Of a stretch of DNA of 64,000 nt, positions 56,150 through 64,000 are shown one piece after another. Position 1 is the stretch's first letter, and every line of letters starts with the position of its first letter. The stretch is from positions 288,672,001-288,736,000 of the forward strand of contig OZ024742.1 in the NCBI GenBank assembly GCA_964016885.1, given 5' to 3'. Position numbers and translations under genes: made by a program. The notes under the pieces were generated by a model that saw only the letters and a program-made list of their open reading frames with translations, searched no databases and had not been told where the DNA came from. This DNA comes from Eledone cirrhosa. Lineage: Eukaryota.

Positions 56150-56582
56150 TACCCCAATGTGGTTTACCCAGCCACATTTTACTACTGTGGTTTACCTTGT
56201 ATGGTTTATCTGGTGTAGTCTACCTAATGTGGTTTACCCAGTGTAGTTTACCTAATGTGATTTACGGAGTGTAGTTTACCCATTTTCGATTACTTACTGT
56301 GGTTTATCTACTGTTGTTTCATTTATGGTTTACCTACCTTGGTTACTGACTGTGATATACCCAGTGTGGTTTACCCACTGATTTCATAGTGTGATTTATC
56401 CAGTGTGGTTTACCCCGTGTAGTTTAAATAATGTGGCTTATCCAGTGTGGTTTAAATAATGTAGTTTACCCAGTGTAATTCAAATAATATGGTTTATCCA
56501 ATGTGGTTTACCCAGTGTAGTTTAAATAGTGTGGTTTACCCAGTGTAGTTTAAAAAGTTTGGTTTATCCAGTGTGGTTTACG
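56150..56582 (+). repeat. About 15-bp minisatellite (GTGGTTTACCCAGT(GT))
   Basis: Many tandem GT(G/A)GTTTA(C/T)C units, alternating with GTTTAAATAAT units towards the right. Confidence 0.85.
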
Positions 56583-57065
56583 TTGTTTCTTTGTCCTGAT
56601 CTGATGATCAGCTTTTTCCTTTCTGACAGAAGTCATGACTGAAACGTAGTATCAGCAATGGAAAATCTATTATTGGAAACATTGTTTCTTTGGTCCGATT
56701 TGACGATCGGCTTCTTTTTCTTTTCTTCAATTTTTAAAAAAATTATTACAGCTCCTATTTATTTATTATTTTTTTTGGGGGGGTGGGGTTCCACCACCCT
56801 TTTAACGACTAGATCTTGCCATTGATTTAACGTGCCCCGACAGGTGATAGACTCCATAAAAAATGTAGTTATTAACTATCAGTTTAATAAACTAATTATT
56901 TGAATAAAGAAATTAGTAAAGATTTAACGGAAACAATATCTTAGTAAAAATAATTTGTTTAATTTTGCAAAACTGTTACAAATATAAAAAAGATTTGTTG
57001 GATAACAAAAAAAAAAAAAAAATTAGAAAAATACATTACATAAAAAGTTGCAAATTTTAAAAGTA

Positions 57066-57605
57066 CTAGCAGATAAACCACCCTTCGGGTGGTTTATCTG
57101 CTTACATGTGTAGTGTGTATATTGATATTATACACAAGTATATATACATGTAGATATGAAACATCAAATAAAATCGTAATTGACAATATAAACAAAAATT
57201 GAAAGAAGACTGTGTTACATTGTCTTATGTAATCAGTAACGTAATCAATGATACGTTAAAAAAAGACGATATTATATATAAACTGCAGTAGAAGAAAATT
57301 AGTATGTTTATTTAAGTGATCTCCACCGGAAGTGTTGACATCACACATTCTCTCTTTCTATATATATATATATATGGTAGTTGAAGGGGTGGTGGTGGCA
57401 ACAATATAGCGGAAGTGCAACTTTGAAAAGAAGTCAATTTTAAATTATTTATTTTTACGAAATTATTTTTGTTTACAAAATTTAGTAGATAACTTATGTA
57501 ATATTCATTCATTATTTATTCAAAGTAATCCAACTTATTTTACTAACGGGATAAAAAAAATAAACTGTACGCAGTCCCGCAGACCTTCCTTTATTATAGT
57601 TTAGA
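57066..57605 (-). mobile_element. Candidate non-autonomous Helitron, 540 bp
   Basis: Minus strand A|TCTAAACTATAATAAAG ... hairpin ... CTAG|T. Perfect 16-bp stem at 57068-57083/57087-57102. The 5' end is tentative. Confidence 0.55.
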
Positions 57606-57994
57606 TATAACAAAATATTACCGTCTCTAGTCGTATTTTACCCGTCTTATTCTTAATATATGAATTGCGGCGGCCTTTCATGATAGTACATGAATTTTAC
57701 ACCCACCCACACACACACCCACACACCCACCCACACACCCACCTTTTCGTAGGAATGATATTGCACTCCTGGATAAAATCTGTATTTACTTTAGGGTTGC
57801 ATTATCCGATGTATATAAAGAATGATTGACTTTTGTCAAATCGGACCGAGGAAACAATGTTTCCGTTGGTCTTTTCGACAGCTCTTGCCTTTTCGACAGC
57901 TAGTTCCAGTCCAGACTCAGAGTCTGGAACTAGGTGTTGAAACAGCAGGAAATCAGCCATTGGTCCCTGACTCATTCTAATATATATATATATA

Positions 57995-58610
57995 CTAGCA
58001 GTGGTACCCGGTGTTGCACGGGATGAGGTATTTTGGAACGCGGGCCTAATCGTGGAAAAACTGCATGCCTGGACAATATGTAAAGAAAATAAACCGAATA
58101 CTCTGATGGCTGGATAATCTTTAAGATTTTCCTCGATGAAGCAGGAAAAATGCAGGTTTTCACCTAATGCGGGCCCTAGGGGATCAATAAAATTAATTTT
58201 TTTTATGTGCATAATATGCCTTGAAATTTCGGGAAAATCGGCTAGACATAACGCTTCAAAAAAGCCCTAAAAAGCTGAAATAATGAAGTTTTTCACCTAA
58301 TGCGGGCCCTAGGCCATAAAAAAGTTGTATTTTCTTTGTTCATGGTATGAAGAAGAGACTGACTAATACATTGTTACAATTTCAAGGAAATCGGTCTGAC
58401 GTAATGCCTCAAAAAACCCCTAAAAACCTGAAAAAACACAGTTTTTCATCTAATGCGGGCCCTAGGGGATCAAAAAGTTGAATGTTTTTATGTGCATAAC
58501 CCTCCCTGAAAGTAATACACATGTAAAGTTTGAAAAAAATCGGTTGGGTACTTCTCAAGTTTTAGGGATTCAAACTCACAGACACACACACACACACACA
58601 TCCTCAGTTT

Positions 58611-58625
<15 letters not shown>
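57995..58625 (-). mobile_element. Non-autonomous Helitron-like element inserted in (TA)n
   Basis: Minus strand begins TATATAAAACTGAGGATG(TG)n and ends CCCGTGCAACACCGGG-TACCACTG-CTAG|T (GC hairpin plus CTRR). Three internal subrepeats TTTTCA(C/T)CTAATGCGGGCCCTAGG near 58157, 58289 and 58443. Confidence 0.75.
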
Positions 58626-58656
<31 letters not shown>

Positions 58657-59197
58657 AGCGAAAAATAGATGAATAAACAACACAAGAAACATGTAGTGTA
58701 TGTATATATATATATATATATGTATAGGAAAATGTTCAAGACCCGACGGCAGAGCTCAAGCCTTTTTCGACACCTATTTCTGGACTCTACTACCCTAAGT
58801 ATTGAGTACTCTGGTGCGTTATGGTCCACTTGGTTCCTTACCACATTTCATTCATTATATATATGTATGTGTGTATATATATATATAAAAAAAAAAATTT
58901 CGCTCTACATGGCTGAATACAATAAATGTAATCTGAGTTTTTTGAATATTAATAATAACATTCGATTCGTTTGCAATTATGCAAACAAGCCTCAATTTTA
59001 TAGCCATGTCAATAGAATGAACCCTTCATTCTTGCTCTTGTGTTGCCATGTAAACAGAACTGCAGACACTAATGTTTCTGGACATCACTCTTCATCAGTA
59101 CAGCACACTGTTCACCTGCCAAACTGTCAGAGCTAGTGAAAATATATGCTATTTTCAAAAATACACAGTGACTAATCGGTCTGATTTGCATATTAGC

Positions 59198-59228
<31 letters not shown>

Positions 59229-59237
59229 TGTGTGTGT

Positions 59238-59302
<65 letters not shown>

Positions 59303-59334
59303 TATATATATATATATATGTTTATATATATATA

Positions 59335-59374
<40 letters not shown>

Positions 59375-59376
59375 TG

Positions 59377-59407
<31 letters not shown>

Positions 59408-59445
59408 GTATATGTATATATATATATACATATATGTATATATAT
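59198..59445. repeat. (TA)n/(TG)n compound microsatellite
   Basis: Direct observation. Similar tracts at 51215-51308, 51595-52045, 52305-52360, 60168-60440, 60493-60552 and 60889-61212. Confidence 0.97.
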
Positions 59446-59544
59446 GAATTATAAGAATCAAAGAACTGTTCAAAATATTTTTATGCTTACAACTGTTTCC
59501 TCCAAACCGAGGTTTGGATTCATATATGTATATATATATATATA

Positions 59545-59708
59545 TATCTATCTAAGGCGGGTAAAATTCCCGAGATCCATGGACGAGTTCTCTCCAGCGG
59601 TCTCTGTCCCTCATTATCGCTGCCATGTCCTGCGTCTCCAACAGACCAGTGTCTGACCTTAGGGCATCAACATACGTCAACCTTGGTCTTCCTCTTCCAG
59701 TGTGTCCA
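59545..59708 (-). mobile_element. RTE-like LINE 3' end (family distinct from 59952)
   Basis: HGHTGRGRPRLTYVDALRSDTGL...MRDRDRWRELV...* followed by a TAGA/TA tail. Confidence 0.75.
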
Positions 59709-59951
59709 TGTATATGCACGTATGGATTTACCGAACATTTATTATAATGCTCGGTTTGTTTGTAAACAAACATCCCGAATTAAGCCGTACAGTGTTTAGT
59801 AACCATCATTACCCTATTTGTTCAAAGGAACAATGTACTAGTTTCAAACTATTAGCTATCGTCAGCACTGTATACCTTCCTGCCAGATAAGGAAAGTATA
59901 TACTTTCAGATGTTCAATTATCTGGCAGGAAGGTATACAGTGCTAACGATA

Positions 59952-60167
59952 GTGAAGAAGTGCCAGGAAATGCCAGTTGAAGGAAGACGTGGTAGAGGTA
60001 GACCACGAAAAACATGGGCGGAGGTGGTGAGAATAGACCTCAGATCACTGAAGCTCACAGTGGAAATGACGAAGGACCGTGACAAGTGGAGAGATGCTGT
60101 GCTGAATAAGACCCGTCCCACCCTTGCAAGCAGGGAAAAGCGGACGTAAAATGATGATGATGATGAT
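59952..60167 (+). mobile_element. RTE-clade LINE 3' end with (GAT)n tail
   Basis: [30 protein letters not shown]...DRDKWR...* then ATGATGATGATGATGA. Confidence 0.88.
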
Positions 60168-60266
60168 ACATATATATATATATATGTGTGTGTGTGTGTA
60201 TATATATATGTGTGTGTGTGTATATATATATATATATGTGTATATATATATATATATATAAATATA

Positions 60267-60314
<48 letters not shown>

Positions 60315-60552
60315 AATATATATATGTGTGTGTGTACGTATATATGTGTGTGTATATATATATGTGTGTGTATATATATATGTGTGTATATATATATATA
60401 TGTGTATATATATATATATGTATATTTATATATATATATATCATCATCATCGTTTAACGTCCATTTTCCACGCTTGCATGGGTTTGGACGGCTATATATA
60501 TATATATATATATATACATATATATATACATATACATATACATATATATATA

Positions 60553-60888
60553 TGGAGGCACATGGCTTAATGGTTAGAGCCTTGCAATCGAAAGGTTGTG
60601 AGTTCAATTCTCAGACCGGGTGATGTGTTGTTTCCTTGAGCAAGACACTTTATTTCACATTGCTCCAGTTTACTCAGCTGTAGACTGTAGAAATGAGATG
60701 ATAGGGACGCCAGTCCCTATCATTCCACTGCAAAGTGGTCGTGTAGGTGCCACGGCAAAAAAGCACCCAGCACTCACTGTAAATGAAGTTGGTGTTAGGA
60801 AGGGCATCCAGCTGTAGAAATCAAGCCAGAATCAGTTCCCGTCCCACCCTTGCTAGCAGGGAAAAGTGGACGTAAAATGAAATGATGA
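60553..60888 (+). mobile_element. tRNA-derived CORE-like SINE ending in an RTE-type 3' tail (single element or composite)
   Basis: TGGCTTAATGG (A box), GAGTTCAATTC (B box), CCTTGAGCAAGACACTT (CORE-like), GGAAGGGCATCCAGCTGTAGAAA segment, and a 3' end nearly identical to 60111-60160. Confidence 0.8.
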
Positions 60889-61577
60889 TATATGTGTATA
60901 TATATATATGTATATGTGTGTATATATATATGTATATATATATATGTGTATATATATATATATATGTATATAGATATATATGTATATATATATATGTATA
61001 CATATGTATACATATATATATATGTACATATATATGTATATATATATGTATATATATATGTATGTATATTTATATATGTGTGTGTGTGTGTATATATATT
61101 TATATATATGTGTGTATATATATATATATGTGTGTGTGTGTATATATATGTATATATGCATATATATATATACGTATATATATATATATACGTGTATATA
61201 TATATGTATATATAAAGTGCCTATGGTGGAAAGACCAGAAATTAGTGTGGTATTTAATGCATGATAAGGAAATAAATTGAAACGGCTTGGCTGGTCGTTG
61301 AATTTCTGTGTTCTAATCAGCGATCTTCATTACTTTATATTATATATACATATATTTATACATACGCACACAACACAGGCTAAAATAGAATATATCATTC
61401 GAGTGACATAAAGATACCATTGCCTGCAGTTAGACAGCAACAATTGAATTATTCTGCAGACATATTAATATCGCCGTATTAATTAAAATAAAGACAAAAC
61501 TAAAAAATAGTCCCGAAATAAGAAATTTTAAAGCTTGCATTATTTAAATATTATATTTGACAGACCTAATTGTAGTT

Positions 61578-61650
61578 GCCTCCATAGCTCAGTGGTTAGA
61601 GCACTGGTCTTGTAAACCAGGGGTCGTGAGTTCGATCCTCACTGGGGGCT
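61578..61650 (+). tRNA. tRNA-Thr (TGT)
   Basis: 73-nt cloverleaf: acceptor GCCTCCA/TGGGGGC, anticodon arm CTGGT-CTTGTAA-ACCAG, GTTCGA T loop. T-run terminator about 15 bp downstream. Confidence 0.97.
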
Positions 61651-61861
61651 GCTGACAGTCGCCATTTTTTTGTTGTTTTTAAAATATTATTTTGATCAAC
61701 TTAACTTTCCTCTAATAAATAAATAGTTGACGATATTTTAATTACCTTTTGTTGTTTTGTTCTATTATATGATTAGCCATAAATATCTGTTTTCTACACG
61801 TAAATTAACTTAACTAAATAAATTGTTGATAATAAAAAGAATATATATATTTAAAAAAAAA

Positions 61862-61935
61862 AGGCTCCAGGGGGATTCGAACCCTCGACCTCCAGTTTAC
61901 TAGACTGGCGCTCTAACCAACTGAGCTATGGAGCC
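61862..61935 (-). tRNA. tRNA-Thr (AGT)
   Basis: 74-nt cloverleaf: acceptor GGCTCCA/TGGAGCC, anticodon arm CCAGT-CTAGTAA-ACTGG, GTTCGAA T loop. T-run immediately 3'. Confidence 0.97.
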
Positions 61936-63325
61936 CTGTAGCAGTACGAGGTACATTTATGCTAATACTTTTCTGAAAATCTCCTGTAATTGCTGAGTCA
62001 TGTCCCTTAATTACTAAAATTTCGAAGATACGTCTATGTGGTCGCTCGATCTACTAGAATTAATGGCCAAAAGTTCATCAAATTACATCTTACTGTATAA
62101 TGAAGGTAAGGAAACGTTGGACAATAAAATTCAAAATGGGGAGAAAGGTGGAATGACTTTAATCATAATTCTGCTCAACTACGGATGATTTACGAGTAAA
62201 CCTTGAAATAAAACGACGGACTAATATATGGGCTGAGTGGGTTTGCAGCCCAGGGGTCTTGTTCCGTTATACATAAATATACATATAATATATTTCGGAG
62301 TTGTCTGACAAGTGATTTGATCTGAGACCGTGCGTTGAAACTAAACCAATTATAACGTGGAAGACTCATTTTAGCCATACTGTCAGTGTTTGCTTGCCTC
62401 AAGACGTAGGCTCCTGTACCACTTGTGTTTAACACACTCAGTGTAGACTGAATATTTCCTTTCGTTTTGATTCCATGTTTTCATGTGAAATATTTATGTA
62501 ATTAAGTCAGAGAGATATGTGTGTACGTACGTGTTGAATTTTGATAGCCATGGCATTTGTGTTTGTAATTTCAAGCTAATTATTTTGTCAGCATATTTGT
62601 TTGGGAAAAAATGTAAACTTTGTTATCATGTAATTTCATGTACATCGTTTATTTCGATATAATAAAATCATTTGCAGCAACACTCCTTCTAAAAGACAAA
62701 AACTGTTATATTTATCATTTATATTTCGTTGTACTGTCTTTGTGTTTTCGAATAGCTAAAATATATTAAGAAATGCAACATTATCATCAAAATTTAGAAT
62801 ATTATAATTTTTATTAAATACATTTTTTTGTTTGTTTGTTTGGGTGTTACCATTATTTTAGAGGACGGCATTGGTCGATGCTGGAATCTCAGCATCGTTC
62901 TATGTGTTGGCTTACATTCATGCACTTTTAAAGCCTCGAGTTTCTTTAATCCGGTCCTGGCAAGTGTTTACTTTGTCAAAAGCCAAGATATTTCTAGGTG
63001 AAACTGAAAGTATATTGTATTTTATAACTGTGATTCTCTCCAGAAATATTTTACATTAAATATATAAACAACGACGACGGCGACGAAAATGAATTAGAAA
63101 TAAGACACTCCGCTTAATTCCATACTACAGCGGACAGGTTGGGGGAACAGGTGGCTTTCTTAAAGAAGCAAAATGTTTGAAGTCATGCAAGTATATTTTG
63201 GCTGATTTAATTTTATTTAGCAGTGATCTTTTTTCAACTCGTATTAAATACCTATTGGTATTTCTATATTCTATAAAATAAATGAAGTTTAGCGAGACAA
63301 TATTTTCTTCAAAATGTGACCTCAT

Positions 63326-63516
63326 TCGGTGGATTGGCAGTATTGGTAGAGGGTCGGACACCATGCTTTGCAGCAAAGAGTTACGACCCTTTATGGTCTG
63401 AGTTCAAATCCCGCCGAGGTTAACTTTGCCTTTCATCCTTACGGGGTCGATAAAATAAAGTACTAGTAATACACTGGGATAATTGCTGGCCTTGTGCCAA
63501 AAATAGAAATAATTAT
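63326..63516 (+). mobile_element. tRNA-derived SINE, near full length (same family as 53952 and 55655)
   Basis: GGTGGATTGGCAGTATTGGTAGAG...GAGTTCAAATCCCGCCGAGG...GCCTTTCATCCTTACGGGGTCGATAAAATAAAGTAC...AATTAT. Confidence 0.9.
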
Positions 63517-63582
63517 ATGTCAGTTAATTTCAATATTGGGCTTCCGGCATAAAAAATTCCCTACTCCTAACTTAGAGATATG

Positions 63583-63885
63583 ATTAACTGGTCTGTCCCA
63601 CCGTGGTAGGGAGACCATTAACTGGTCTGTCCTCCAGTGGTAAGGAGTCCATTAACTGGTTTATGTCCCCCAGTGGTAGGGAGACCATTAACTGGTCTAT
63701 GTCATCCAGGGGTAGGGAGACTATTAACTGGTCTATGTCCCCCAGTGGTAGAGAGACCATTAATTGGTCTATGTCCCCCAGTGGTAGGGAGATTATTAAC
63801 TGGTCTATGTCCCCCAGTGCTAATGAGTCCATTAACTGGTCTGCTCCCCAGGGGTAGGGAGACTATTAACTTGTATATGTTCCCT
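63583..63885 (+). repeat. 34-36-bp minisatellite (ATTAACTGGTCTATGTCCCCCAGTGGTAGGGAGACC), about 8 copies
   Basis: Unit starts at 63583, 63617, 63651, 63687, 63723, 63759, 63795, 63831 and 63865. Confidence 0.93.
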
Positions 63886-64000
63886 ATAATGGATATTGAG
63901 TGTTTTTCTAATGGTGTGGATGCAGAAGTTTTCAAAAGGATGCACGGGATGCACGGGTTTCAAAAGCGGTCTACACCCCCGTATCTGGTTGTATAGCGTT

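Noticed and set aside
57872-57932. Short direct repeat TTTTCGACAGCT and imperfect palindrome CTAGTTCCAG...CTGGAACTAG
   Set aside because: Real but short, with no other copy or terminal signature to assign a function.
58488-61280. Numerous YI/VC-rich ORFs
   Set aside because: Microsatellite translations; only the RTE C-terminal segments are meaningful.
63584-63996. ORFs with 12-aa repeats (LPLGDIDQLMVS) or a CRISPR-like 36-bp repeat
   Set aside because: The units are contiguous without spacers, 34-bp units break the frame, and several frames on both strands are open, as expected for a minisatellite.

Overview
Eukaryotic, intron- and repeat-rich animal DNA; the repeat families and long (TA)n/(TG)n tracts look cephalopod-like, probably octopus (inference). 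Bases 1 to about 42,100 are one uninterrupted array of a 22-bp G-rich satellite (consensus GGTCTACTGTGGGGATATAATT, about 1,900 units). The array contains a near-identical tandem duplication with a 9,456-bp period, nested smaller duplications and a decaying right edge. It is followed by the last 11 coding exons (42845-55269, + strand, all GT-AG and phase-consistent) of a RAD54B-like SNF2 DNA translocase. Motifs I-II are missing, so the array most likely lies in one intron of at least 42.8 kb. The introns and downstream DNA hold tRNA-derived SINEs, RTE and CR1 LINE fragments, piggyBac- and Tc1/mariner-type MITEs, two Helitron-like elements, minisatellites and a convergent tRNA-Thr pair. Most ORF-track entries are repeat artefacts. 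No CRISPR or prokaryotic system is present, and I cannot support a wholly new gene system. The best leads are the intronic satellite architecture and several nested or inverted mobile-element structures.
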